In this document: in pieces, positions 1 to 11,314 of the stretch
Numbering within the stretch: position 1 is the first letter of the stretch
How the letters are laid out: every line of letters begins with the position of its first letter
Source of the DNA: an uncultured Candidatus Saccharibacteria bacterium
Lineage (GTDB): Bacteria > Patescibacteriota > Minisyncoccia > Phycocordibacterales > Zambryskibacteraceae
Assembly (NCBI GenBank): GCA_964582295.1
Contig: CAZOQP010000001.1
Location: forward strand, 9,588 to 73,587
Reading direction: 5' to 3'
Length of the DNA: 64,000 bases
Translations under genes and position numbers: made by a program
Notes under the pieces: model-generated
What the model was told of the DNA's origin: nothing
What the model saw: only the letters and a program-made list of their open reading frames with translations
Databases searched by the model: none

Positions 1-47
1 TCTACGGTCGCATTTTTTGTGCCACCACACTTTATCATGAGATGGCC

Positions 48-122
48 TGGTGCCGATGGGTGGAATCGAACCACCATTTTAGGCTTATGAGTCCCACGTT
101 CTAACCATTGAACTACACCGGC
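48..122 (-). tRNA. tRNA with anticodon CAU (Met or Ile2), 75 nt, CCA encoded
   Basis: The reverse complement folds as a canonical cloverleaf. Acceptor GCCGGTG/CATCGGC, U8, D-arm with GG, anticodon loop CUCAUAA, T-arm GGTGG-TTCGATT-CCACC, discriminator A, CCA. Confidence 0.85.
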
Positions 123-208
123 AAATGTCCAGAGAGTATAACTTTTTAAGGGTGAAAAATAAAGGAAACTTGAAGAGGCCCTCTCATATTGATATAGTGT
201 GCCCCTAT

Positions 209-279
209 AGCGGGGTGGAGAAGTAGTATCTCGCAAGGCTCATAACCTTGAGGCCTAGGTGCAATTCCTAGCCCCGCAA
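209..279 (+). tRNA. degenerate tRNA-like element with CAU anticodon loop (pseudo-tRNA or non-canonical tRNA)
   Basis: Folds with acceptor AGCGGGG/CCCCGCA (A1:A72 mismatch), D-stem GAGA/TCTC with a 7-nt D-loop lacking GG, anticodon stem CAAGG/CCTTG with loop CUCAUAA, and T-stem CTAGG/CCTAG with loop UGCAAUU (G at position 55). Core tertiary-contact bases are missing. Confidence 0.3.
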
Positions 280-290
280 CAAGATTAAGA

Positions 291-328
291 CACCACGAAC
301 CCGCCAAGCACTTGGCGGGTTCGTGGTG
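291..328. terminator. 18-bp perfect inverted repeat hairpin (CACCACGAACCCGCCAAG-ca-CTTGGCGGGTTCGTGGTG), likely bidirectional terminator
   Basis: Perfect palindrome with a 2-nt loop, immediately 3' of the minus-strand gene 334..1017. Flanked by A/T-rich sequence. Confidence 0.6.
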
Positions 329-333
329 ATGAA

Positions 334-1017
334 TTAAATAACTCCAAACTCTTTGAAAACAGATTCGTATAAAGAAACTATACGGCGCACTTCGTGCTGA
401 TTCAAATGCAGGGCACCTGTATCATGAGCTATGGCATTCCTCATTTTGTGTGCTTCCCAGGCAGCGTTCAAAGTATTGAAATCGGCTGGCTCCACGGCCT
501 TCAGCTTATCCCCCACTGATTGTCCGCGATAGCTCATGGCGGTAAGAAGTTCATCTAGCATTATGTCCGCCGTGATAATAGCTATCTTCCAGTCGTTCAT
601 TGTGGCTCCGCCCGCATGCTTCAGAACTTCCTCCCATTTGGTATTTTTAGCAGCAGGTGCCGAAGAGATAATGGCCGCGGGGCGGAAGACCGCATTCTGC
701 TCGCGATTGAGGACTGTTAATCGCTTCACCGTTGCATATATTCCGTATATGAAAATAATTGAAAATACGAACGCCAGAAGGCGGATAACCGGATATGCAT
801 TTTCACGGAACCATACAGAAAAGGTGCGAAGCGGAGAAAGATCTGCAAAAGAACTTGCCCCAAAGAAAATAGCTATCCTCCCCAAGAGAGCGGAAATCAC
901 AAAAAGAATAAATATCCAGACCAAAAGATCCGCTGTGAATTCCCCGAGGGTCGCGCCTCCGGTATCTTCTTTTTTAGCGTCTTTTTTCGGATCTTTTTTA
1001 TCCTTAGGATCTGCCAT
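334..1017 (-). CDS. membrane-anchored hypothetical protein with C-terminal HEPN-like Rx4H motif
   Basis: 227-aa ORF with a Lys/Asp-rich N-terminus and two hydrophobic helices. The C-terminal ~90 aa contains MRNAIAHD (Rx4H), the HEPN/DUF4145-type motif. Confidence 0.7.
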   Translation of the reverse strand: MADPKDKKDPKKDAKKEDTGGATLGEFTADLLVWIFILFVISALLGRIAIFFGASSFADLSPLRTFSVWFRENAYPVIRLLAFVFSIIFIYGIYATVKRLTVLNREQNAVFRPAAIISSAPAAKNTKWEEVLKHAGGATMNDWKIAIITADIMLDELLTAMSYRGQSVGDKLKAVEPADFNTLNAAWEAHKMRNAIAHDTGALHLNQHEVRRIVSLYESVFKEFGVI

Positions 1018-1024
1018 ATATGTA

Positions 1025-2425
1025 TTATGCTTCGCCTGCGAAAATTTTTCCTACCGAAAAAAGTATATCTTCTCTGTAATTGTCCGCCATCAATTGGAAA
1101 CCTAGAGGCAGGGAAACACCATCGCGCTCAACCGTACCCGACGGAATGGAAATAGCCGGTATTCCTGAAATGTTCGCAGGCACCGTAAAAATATCAGCAA
1201 GATACATCTCCACGGGATTACCTGTTTTTTCTCCGAGCTTGAATGCAGGCCCCGGCGTAGTTGGAGTGGCGATAGTCGAAACTTCAGCGAAAGCATTCTT
1301 GAACTCTTCTTTGATGACTTTTTGGGCAGCGAGAGCGGAGCCGTAGTATTCATCATTGTAACCAGATGAAAGCACATAGGTGCCGAGCATTATGCGCCTC
1401 TTGGCCTCGGCACCAAAACCGGCTTTCCTTGTTTCCAAATATTCCTGAAGAACAGTCTCGGCAGGAACACTCAAGCCGAAACGCACTCCGTCGTAGCGAG
1501 CAAGATTTGAAGAAGCTTCAGCCGGCATGATGATGTAATACACAGCAAGGGAAAGCGCCATGTGAGGCATCTCAATTTCTTTTATTTCAAAACCATTATC
1601 CCGGAGCCGTGCAAGAGAGCTTTCAAAATTTGCTTTAACGTCTTCTTCAAGACCGTTAGTTATTCCTTTCGGCACTCCTATAACTTTTGCAAAATCTTTT
1701 TTCCCGTCCTCGGGATAAAAAGATGTTCCATCTTCCACATCGCCGCCTTTGATACACTCAAAAATAATTTCTGCATCCGTTACGCTATTCGTAAGAGGAC
1801 CTATCTGATCTAAAGAAGAACCGAGGGCGAGCAGGCCGTATCGCGAGACTGCGCCGTATGTGGGCTTCATTCCCACCACTCCGCAAAAAGCCGCCGGCTG
1901 ACGTATGGAACCACCTGTGTCCGATCCGAGCGCGGCAATAGCTTCCCCTGCCGCCACGGCCGCCGCCGAACCGCCAGATGAACCACCTGGAACACGGGAA
2001 ACATCCAAAGGATTTTTGGTCGGGCCGTAAGCTGAATTCTCTGTGGAACTTCCCATTGCAAATTCGTCCATATTAGTGCGACCGATGAACACTACTCCTT
2101 TCTCCTCAAGTTTCCGGATAGCTGTTGCTGTGTAAGGAGAAACATACCCTTCAAGTATTTTTGAGCCAGCGGTAACTTTTTTCCCAGAAATAGACATGTT
2201 GTCTTTCACTGCTATAGGAATGCCGCGCAAAATATTTTCAGGGAGAGAATCTGCCCGTTTTGCCTGAGCGATCACATCGTCAAATACTTCAAGATATGCA
2301 TGAACACTGTCATCTTTTTCTTTTATAACATCAAGGAATTTTTGGGAAAGCTCCGCGGAGGAAATTTCTTTTTCGCGGAGTGCCCGCGCGGCCTGGCTTA
2401 TGGTTAGATGCGGATTATCTTTCAT
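1025..2425 (-). CDS. gatA: Glu-tRNA(Gln) amidotransferase subunit A
   Basis: 466 aa with amidase signature GGSSGGSAAAVAAG and KDN motif. Followed by gatC. Confidence 0.93.
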   Translation of the reverse strand: MKDNPHLTISQAARALREKEISSAELSQKFLDVIKEKDDSVHAYLEVFDDVIAQAKRADSLPENILRGIPIAVKDNMSISGKKVTAGSKILEGYVSPYTATAIRKLEEKGVVFIGRTNMDEFAMGSSTENSAYGPTKNPLDVSRVPGGSSGGSAAAVAAGEAIAALGSDTGGSIRQPAAFCGVVGMKPTYGAVSRYGLLALGSSLDQIGPLTNSVTDAEIIFECIKGGDVEDGTSFYPEDGKKDFAKVIGVPKGITNGLEEDVKANFESSLARLRDNGFEIKEIEMPHMALSLAVYYIIMPAEASSNLARYDGVRFGLSVPAETVLQEYLETRKAGFGAEAKRRIMLGTYVLSSGYNDEYYGSALAAQKVIKEEFKNAFAEVSTIATPTTPGPAFKLGEKTGNPVEMYLADIFTVPANISGIPAISIPSGTVERDGVSLPLGFQLMADNYREDILFSVGKIFAGEA

Positions 2426-2429
2426 CTTT

Positions 2430-4789
<2,360 letters not shown>

Positions 4790-4805
4790 CTATGGAGAAC
4801 GTTTT

Positions 4806-5312
4806 CTAGTAGTCCGCCTGGACAGCCCTTTCCACTCGCCTTGGGTTATTTACGTCACATGAATTGTAGCCACGCGATTCTATGTGGGTTTCCAAAACAC
4901 CTCCATTATAAGTTTTTACCACTGTCACATCCGCACAATACGGCTCGGGCTTGAATAAAATCCTGAAAGTGGAAGTTTCATCTCCGCCGACCACCATATT
5001 TTCGTTCTCCGGATTATTTTCGTCGGCATTGCATGAAATAGTAGTGGCGGTGGTGGTGGAAAAAGCGCTTCCTCCGCCTGCGGCCTTAACGTCCCAGTAA
5101 AGAGCACACTCGGCCCCCGAGTCTGCCGCGAAGAAAGCCAAGTGCGAATCACGGTTAATGGACGCCAGCTTAACCTGCTTCAGGGTAACGTTCGCAATAG
5201 CTGAAGAAACCAGCAGAAGTGTCGTGGTTATGATTATAGCCACATACAAAGTTACCCCTCTCTCCTTGGAGTTTTGTTGCGGATTATTGGTTATTTGTTT
5301 GTTGTTTCTCAT
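4806..5312 (-). CDS. PilX-like minor pilin / pilus assembly protein
   Basis: 168 aa. The N-terminus ERGVTLYVAIIITTTLLLVSSAIA resembles PilX-type hydrophobic segments. It is the last gene of the pilin block. Confidence 0.5.
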   Translation of the reverse strand: MRNNKQITNNPQQNSKERGVTLYVAIIITTTLLLVSSAIANVTLKQVKLASINRDSHLAFFAADSGAECALYWDVKAAGGGSAFSTTTATTISCNADENNPENENMVVGGDETSTFRILFKPEPYCADVTVVKTYNGGVLETHIESRGYNSCDVNNPRRVERAVQADY

Positions 5313-5887
5313 CGTTGCCAGTTGAAAAGATTCTCATGAACCACGAATTGCCGAGTGTTAACGCCTTTTGTCCACGACACGATTACAGTGAGAGCCACTT
5401 CATCAGGTGAGATCTCCTTGAACAAAAGGGATCTCCTGAACTGGGTTGTGCTCCATCCGCTTGCAAGCCCGTAAGCTCCATAGGAAACCGACTGCTGGCT
5501 AGTGTCTTGCTTCAACATGGGGCAATCCACAGCGGCGGATCCACATGGGTCAATATTTTTGTTAGGAGAATCAATGGCGCAGTAATTGCCAAAGTAACAA
5601 TCGTCGCCCGGATCACCAGAAATACCTGTAAGCCAACCTGCCTCATTCAAACTATTTTCATCGCGAAGGTTCCTTATAAATTCAACTCCTTCCTGGGCCA
5701 GATAATAAGCAGTCACTTCATCGCGGGCGGAAATAGAAAGAGAGAGGCCGTTCTGGGCCACTGAAAAAGCGGCTGTCAGAGCAAGAATGAGAATAGAAAT
5801 GGCAACCAAGGTCTCCAGGATAGTAAAACCCTCGGTCGTAGACCTATGAGCGAGACCTTTCTGATTTTTTGTAAAAAATATTTTCAT
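5309..5887 (-). CDS. type IV pseudopilin (prepilin-type N-terminal cleavage/methylation domain)
   Basis: Start moved to the internal Met (MKIFFTKNQKGLAHRSTTEGFTILETLVAISILILAL). The longer track ORF 5309..6016 would overlap the upstream pseudopilin. GFTILE prepilin motif. Confidence 0.7.
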   Translation of the reverse strand: MKIFFTKNQKGLAHRSTTEGFTILETLVAISILILALTAAFSVAQNGLSLSISARDEVTAYYLAQEGVEFIRNLRDENSLNEAGWLTGISGDPGDDCYFGNYCAIDSPNKNIDPCGSAAVDCPMLKQDTSQQSVSYGAYGLASGWSTTQFRRSLLFKEISPDEVALTVIVSWTKGVNTRQFVVHENLFNWQR

Positions 5888-5888
5888 A

Positions 5889-6446
5889 TCATTCGGTATC
5901 AAGGACTCGCTGGGAAATACTTGTTTCCAGGATAAATGTTGATTGGGTAGTCGGTTTGGAGCCAGCATAACCGCGAAGGAGAATAATGACTTTCGGCTGA
6001 AGGAATTCATTTTCAAGCACCTGTCCGGCTCCTAAAACGAAGAACTTCAAATGTTCTATGGTGATATCAGGTGCGGTCACTCCCAAAAATGTTTCGCCTC
6101 CGTCTTCCGATTTTTTAAGCTGTGAATCTTCCACAGTGTAGGCGATCTGTATACCTTCCGCAGAAAGGAAAGAAATGAAATCGCTCCCAGAAGAGCAATT
6201 TTGCGGCTCTTCTATATCCCCATCCTCGCCGCAGTGATAATTTTCTCCGAAACGTATCTCGCGGGCCATCACTTCAACAGCAAAGTTCAAATTGGTGATG
6301 ATAGCTTTGAGAGATTGCGACTTTCGATTTGCGTCAAAAATACTTGCAATAGAGCCAAGGGCGACCGTTACCAGAACGGCAAATATTCCGACCGAGATAA
6401 GTATCTCAATAAGAGTAAACCCTTTTTTTGTTACCTGTTTGGTCAT
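5889..6446 (-). CDS. type IV pseudopilin
   Basis: N-terminus MTKQVTKKGFTLIEILISVGIFAVLV is a class III prepilin signal. Confidence 0.8.
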   Translation of the reverse strand: MTKQVTKKGFTLIEILISVGIFAVLVTVALGSIASIFDANRKSQSLKAIITNLNFAVEVMAREIRFGENYHCGEDGDIEEPQNCSSGSDFISFLSAEGIQIAYTVEDSQLKKSEDGGETFLGVTAPDITIEHLKFFVLGAGQVLENEFLQPKVIILLRGYAGSKPTTQSTFILETSISQRVLDTE

Positions 6447-7079
6447 TTAAATGAGTGAGATCTGTCCCGTAGTGTACACCCTGATCTCGCGTTTATTCCC
6501 CAATGGCGAAAGGAACTCAATAAGCACACCCTCCCGGTCAGAGATACCTATCGGCTGTCCGGCAGGATTAAAGAACTGGATACGTGCCGCTGGGTCAGGA
6601 CGGATGAATGAAATGTCCACTCGTCCCACGATCGGTGCACATTCTTGTGAACCGTTCGTTTTGAGCGCACATATTCGGCTTATGACAACACCCCTTGTGA
6701 GATTCACACGCATAATACATTCGGAGCTTCCGCCAACCACACATGTAGGGCCGCCGTCATACCAGCCATTCTGCGCTCCCCTGTCTGCAAAAGAAATGTA
6801 AAAAGTTTCATCACCAGTGGATACTCTGCTTACGCTGATACCGTAAGCGGCAGAGAATTCGCTTCCGGACGGTGAAAATTCCTTAACAGCCACTCCATAG
6901 ACCTGTGACTGGCGTATTTGAAGCTCAAGGTCTCCCGCATTGGTCGCAAGCGAAAACCTGTCTATGAAATCTCCCTGATTGAAAAGGATGACCGCAAATA
7001 TAATAGCAATGATAGCGATAGAGATCATCATCTCTATAAGACTAAAGCCGCGGCTAAGATTTATTTTTTTAAAAGCCAT
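6447..7079 (-). CDS. type IV pseudopilin
   Basis: N-terminus SRGFSLIEMMISIAIIAIIFAVILF is a prepilin motif. Confidence 0.8.
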   Translation of the reverse strand: MAFKKINLSRGFSLIEMMISIAIIAIIFAVILFNQGDFIDRFSLATNAGDLELQIRQSQVYGVAVKEFSPSGSEFSAAYGISVSRVSTGDETFYISFADRGAQNGWYDGGPTCVVGGSSECIMRVNLTRGVVISRICALKTNGSQECAPIVGRVDISFIRPDPAARIQFFNPAGQPIGISDREGVLIEFLSPLGNKREIRVYTTGQISLI

Positions 7080-7902
7080 GTAAAGGAATGACAGCGCCGA
7101 GATACGCCAGGAACGAGCCCAAGAAAAGGAACGGACCGAAAGGAATTTCAGATCTCATTGTAAGGGGTTTTCCGTCTTTACTCAATGATCTTCCATAACG
7201 TCGCATTACAGAATCCGCAAAAGCGATGAGAAGGACCACCACCGCTCCTGTCCAGAAAGAAAGCGCCCATGCGGAAAATATTTTCCCAAGGCCTAGGAAA
7301 ATACCAAAAGCAAAAGCTATCTTTGCATCGCCCAAACCCATCCAGCGGCCGCGGGAAATAAGCCATAGCACAAAAAAGAATACTCCGAATATGAGTCCCC
7401 CCGAAAGATTGGAAATTATTCCTTTCCAGTCCCCCCACAAGAAAACTACGGATGAAAACGCTCCCAAGCCGGAGAGCCAATAAACCCAGGTATCCGGAAT
7501 TATAGTGTGACGCAGATCGTAAAGAACTATAGCCAGGGCGAGGGACCAGAAAAGAATGTGGATGCAAAATAAGATAAGAGGTAATAGGAAAGAGGAAATA
7601 GGTGGGATGATAAAGGAAAAATGTGCACCGATGAGAACGAACATTATACCTGTCGCTGTTTCAACAAGCGGATAAAAAAGAGGCAGAGAGGATTTGCACG
7701 TACGGCACCTTCCGCCGAGCGCCACATAAGATGCTATAGGGACGAGGTCCGTTCCCGCAAGCTTCACTCCGCAGGACGCACAGTGTGAACGCCCTCCCAA
7801 AGAGCGGCCGGTGCCGCGCCTCAACACGAAAACATTTAAGAAACTTCCGACTATACTGCCGAGAATGAAAAGAAAGACAAGTGCAAGAGGGGGCATATGC
7901 AT
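7069..7902 (-). CDS. pilD: prepilin peptidase (A24 family) with N-terminal Zn-binding CxxC...CxxC
   Basis: 277-aa polytopic membrane protein. CASCGVKL...CRTCKSSL tetracysteine motif and peptidase A24 core with conserved Asp residues. Confidence 0.88.
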   Translation of the reverse strand: MHMPPLALVFLFILGSIVGSFLNVFVLRRGTGRSLGGRSHCASCGVKLAGTDLVPIASYVALGGRCRTCKSSLPLFYPLVETATGIMFVLIGAHFSFIIPPISSFLLPLILFCIHILFWSLALAIVLYDLRHTIIPDTWVYWLSGLGAFSSVVFLWGDWKGIISNLSGGLIFGVFFFVLWLISRGRWMGLGDAKIAFAFGIFLGLGKIFSAWALSFWTGAVVVLLIAFADSVMRRYGRSLSKDGKPLTMRSEIPFGPFLFLGSFLAYLGAVIPLHGF

Positions 7903-7978
7903 ATTCTAAACCAAACTAAATCACTTGGCTTGCGCCAAGTGATTTAGTTTTCGAATAAACCCAAACAAGACGAGCTTA

Positions 7979-8449
7979 TTAGTTGTTGCAGTTAGTGGTC
8001 GCGGTCTGAAGGGCGTTCGTACGGCCAACAGAATTCCCGGTGGAATCTACGCACCAGTGGGTAAAGTTACCGTCAGACACTTTTAGAGGAACTGACACTG
8101 CCCATGCCGATCCGGATGAGTAACAACGGTTAGATGTTGAATCTCCTGCCGCTGTTTTTGCTGCGTTTATCATGCCGGAGATATTCGGGTCCTTAAAGAG
8201 GGTGCTGCTATCTGCGGGTGTCACAGAACACGCTGCCACGTTGAATGCCGCGCCGTAGCTGTTGTTTGAATCGTAGTAGAGTTCTGCCTGACCACGTACA
8301 TTCGCAAGGTTACCTTTAATGGCCGCGTTCGCACCCTTACCTCTGGCCGTATTCAAGCTTGCCAGAACGACAGAGGAAAGTACTCCTATAATCGCGATAA
8401 CAACTAGAAGTTCTATAAGGGTGAAGCCGCGGGCTTGATGTGCTTTCAT
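7979..8449 (-). CDS. pilA: major type IV pilin
   Basis: Start set at the internal Met (MKAHQARGFTLIELLVVIAIIGVLSSVVLASL). The purine-rich stretch AAGAAAGAAG lies upstream. Confidence 0.8.
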   Translation of the reverse strand: MKAHQARGFTLIELLVVIAIIGVLSSVVLASLNTARGKGANAAIKGNLANVRGQAELYYDSNNSYGAAFNVAACSVTPADSSTLFKDPNISGMINAAKTAAGDSTSNRCYSSGSAWAVSVPLKVSDGNFTHWCVDSTGNSVGRTNALQTATTNCNN

Positions 8450-8547
8450 TTCTTCTTTCTTAATATTTATTTTATAAGCCTGCACTCCAGATTATACACC
8501 CATCCTGAAGCCAAAGGGTACCTTCTGTGGATTGCCTTAAAAAGGGC

Positions 8548-9759
8548 CTAAAATCCGGCCGAGGAGGCAATGTTGTATATAGGCAGAAGAACTGATGCCA
8601 GAAGAACGCCCACACCCAAGGCAAGCATGACTATCATGACCGGCTCTATGAGGGAAACCAGCACGTCAACGGCATTATTGACCTCTCGTTCATAGAATTT
8701 GGCCATAGTGCTTAAAATGCTCCCTAATTCTCCCGTTTCCTCTCCCACCTTTATCATCTGCACCAAAATACCCGGTATTTCCTGATAGCGGGCCAAGGAT
8801 TGCGAAAGGGGGCTTCCGCTTTTAACTTCCCCCGCCGCTGTTTTCAATATCTCTTTATACACAGCATTGTCCACCACCGAGCCCGTTATCTCTATAGCTT
8901 TGAGCATGGGGATGCCGGAAGCAACCATGGTGTGCATATTGTCCGCAATGACCGAAAGATAAAGCTTGCGATATAAATTTCCAAGATAAGGAAAAGATAT
9001 TTTGAAACGATCAAAAGCAACTTTGCCTTCCGCCGTTCGCACGAAACGTATAAGAAAGAAAGTGCCGACCACTGCAAGGGCTGCCAGGAATACTCCGTAA
9101 TTCAGGAAAAAGTCCGAGGTGGCAAAAACTATTTTTGTGTAAAAAGGCAGTTCCTGTCCGGAATCTTTTATGATGACAGCGATCTTCGGAATGATAAGAG
9201 TGAACATAAGCACCATTACGCCGATGAAAACCACCACCACGAAAGAAGGGTACACGAAAGCATTCCTGGCTTTAGACATCACCTCATACGTGCGGTCCAG
9301 ATGGTCGGCCAGATATTTGAATATTTCATCTAGCTTTCCGGTCTCTTCACCGGAGCGGACCATGTTCACGTAGAAATCCGAGAATATCTTGGGGTGTTTG
9401 GCGAGAGCTTTGGAGATGGATGTGCCGCCCTGAAGATCGTCCGCTATCTCAGCCAATGCTTCTTTAAGGGTCTGGTTCTCTGACTCCGCCGCCAAAAGTT
9501 TGAAAACCCTCAAAGCCGAGACTTGAGCTTCAAAGAGGGTCGCCAACTGGCGCGAAAGGATGACGACGTCGCGGTTCGTAACACGGTTCAAAAGACCCAT
9601 GAGAAATGCGAACTGTTTTTTTTCTTCAACAGGGGTGATACGCGAAACTGTAAGGCCGCGCTTATGAAGTGATGCGATAGCGACATCAAGAGAGACAGCG
9701 TCAATTGTCCCCTCTTCGCTTTTTCCCTCCGTTGAAAGTGTTTGGTATCGGTACAACAT
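8548..9759 (-). CDS. pilC: type IV pilus inner-membrane platform protein (GspF/PilC family)
   Basis: 403 aa with two T2SS-F repeats and 3 transmembrane segments. Confidence 0.9.
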   Translation of the reverse strand: MLYRYQTLSTEGKSEEGTIDAVSLDVAIASLHKRGLTVSRITPVEEKKQFAFLMGLLNRVTNRDVVILSRQLATLFEAQVSALRVFKLLAAESENQTLKEALAEIADDLQGGTSISKALAKHPKIFSDFYVNMVRSGEETGKLDEIFKYLADHLDRTYEVMSKARNAFVYPSFVVVVFIGVMVLMFTLIIPKIAVIIKDSGQELPFYTKIVFATSDFFLNYGVFLAALAVVGTFFLIRFVRTAEGKVAFDRFKISFPYLGNLYRKLYLSVIADNMHTMVASGIPMLKAIEITGSVVDNAVYKEILKTAAGEVKSGSPLSQSLARYQEIPGILVQMIKVGEETGELGSILSTMAKFYEREVNNAVDVLVSLIEPVMIVMLALGVGVLLASVLLPIYNIASSAGF

Positions 9760-9760
9760 G

Positions 9761-10831
9761 TTACATAAGTTTCTCTAGCGAGCGCGGATCAGTTGAGAAC
9801 AGGAACGCATTCTCTGCTGTTATCTCGCCCCGCCTCACAAGGTCGGCAAGAGAGCGGTTTATATCTATCATACCGAGCTCTGAAGATGTTTCTATTACAT
9901 TATCTATCTCGTGAGTGCGGTTGTCTCTTATAAGGTTTGAAACGGCGGAATTGTTGATAAGAAGCTCGTATGCCGGCACCAATCCTCCGGAAATGCGCGG
10001 CACAAGACGCTGGGAAAAAATGCCAACAAGGCTTCCCGCAAGCTGAACACGTATCTGGTTCTGCTGGGTTGCCGGAAATGAGTCAATGATACGCTCTATG
10101 GTCTGGGATGCGGTGTTAGTGTGAAGGGTCGCCATCACATAGTGCCCCGTCTCGGCAGCAGTCACGGCAGTTGAAATAGTCTCAACATCGCGCATTTCCC
10201 CCACCATAATAACGTCCGTGTCCTGTCTGAAAACACCGCGAAGCGCCGCGTGGAAGCTTGGAGTGTCTATCTTCACTTCGCGCTGGTCAATGAGAGCTTT
10301 GTCTTCCGTGAAAATATATTCAATAGGCCACTCAATGGTGGTGACGTGCTCCATGCGCTCGTGATTAATGATGTCAATGAGAGCGGCGAGGGTAGTTGTC
10401 TTGCCGTGGCCTGCAGGGCCCACCACAAGGAAAAACCCCTGCTGCTTGCGTGCGAATTGTTCCAGAATAGGCGGAAGATTAAGCTCCGCAATGGTTCGTA
10501 TTTTTTGCGGGATAAGGCGCAAGGCAATAGAAATTTTTCCAAGCTCAAAATATGCATTGCCTCTGAAGCGCGATTTTGAAACATGCGTATATCCGAAATC
10601 CACTTCTTTCTGGTCCTTGAATTCAGTGAGATCTTTTTCTGAAAGAAGAGAGGAAAGTATTCCTTCTATTCCCTCGCGGGTAAAGGGCTGTTTTTTCACA
10701 AGCGGTATTAAAAAGCCGTCCACGCGTATAAGGGGCACTCTTCCTTCGGACAAATGGAGGTCAGAGCCGTTCTCCTTCAGGCATACGTCCACCAGTTCAT
10801 CAAATATCTGTTTTTGTTCCGGAGTTATCAT
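9761..10831 (-). CDS. pilT: twitching motility / pilus retraction ATPase
   Basis: 356 aa with Walker A GPAGHGKTTT, Asp box and His box of PilT/GspE secretion ATPases. Confidence 0.9.
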   Translation of the reverse strand: MITPEQKQIFDELVDVCLKENGSDLHLSEGRVPLIRVDGFLIPLVKKQPFTREGIEGILSSLLSEKDLTEFKDQKEVDFGYTHVSKSRFRGNAYFELGKISIALRLIPQKIRTIAELNLPPILEQFARKQQGFFLVVGPAGHGKTTTLAALIDIINHERMEHVTTIEWPIEYIFTEDKALIDQREVKIDTPSFHAALRGVFRQDTDVIMVGEMRDVETISTAVTAAETGHYVMATLHTNTASQTIERIIDSFPATQQNQIRVQLAGSLVGIFSQRLVPRISGGLVPAYELLINNSAVSNLIRDNRTHEIDNVIETSSELGMIDINRSLADLVRRGEITAENAFLFSTDPRSLEKLM

Positions 10832-11295
10832 TGTATTGGTTGTGAAATTGGAGCGGGTTCGCCAGCTGGCGGAGGTGTGGCAACTGGTGGAGGCGAGAGA
10901 GGCGCAGCTGGTGGGCTTATAAGAGTGTTAACTCTTTGCACCAAATTGGCAGGAATTGTTTCTGATTTCACCAAATAATCTTTTATCCCCGCCTCTCTCG
11001 CCCGCGCCATGGTTTCCTCTGTCGTGTCGTTGGTGAGTATGAGGATGGGCACACCGGGAAGAAGATTTTCTTTCCTCATCCTCTCCACCAGCTCCACCCC
11101 GTCAACGGCCGGCATGCGCGCGTCGGTTATCATGGCGTCGAAATGTTTCCCTGATTTTATTTTATGAAGAGCGTCGGCCGCCCCCACTCCCACTTCCACA
11201 TTGTACCCCGCTTCAGTGAAAGTTGTCTTGTAGATATCAAGAAGAAAACGGTCATCATCTACCAGAAGAACAGATTTTTTGTTTGTGTCATCCAT
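10828..11295 (-). CDS. CheY-like response regulator (receiver domain, Pro-rich C-tail), PilH-like
   Basis: 155 aa. VLLVDDD...MITDARMP receiver motifs with the phospho-acceptor Asp. Embedded between pilB and pilT. Confidence 0.8.
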   Translation of the reverse strand: MDDTNKKSVLLVDDDRFLLDIYKTTFTEAGYNVEVGVGAADALHKIKSGKHFDAMITDARMPAVDGVELVERMRKENLLPGVPILILTNDTTEETMARAREAGIKDYLVKSETIPANLVQRVNTLISPPAAPLSPPPVATPPPAGEPAPISQPIQ

Positions 11296-11314
11296 TGTGT
11301 TGGAGTAGCACCGC

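Noticed and set aside
536-1105. 189-aa plus-strand ORF antisense to the 334..1017 gene. Similar antisense ORFs occur inside ligA, recG, ftsH, secY, tuf, gmk and others.
   Set aside because: They lie fully within well-supported genes on the opposite strand, have low-complexity or unusual composition, and show no domain signatures. They are reading-frame shadows.
5309-6016. Long form of the pseudopilin ORF (235 aa) starting at 6016.
   Set aside because: It would overlap the upstream pseudopilin gene by 128 nt. The prepilin motif begins right after an internal Met that abuts the upstream stop codon, so the start was moved to 5887.
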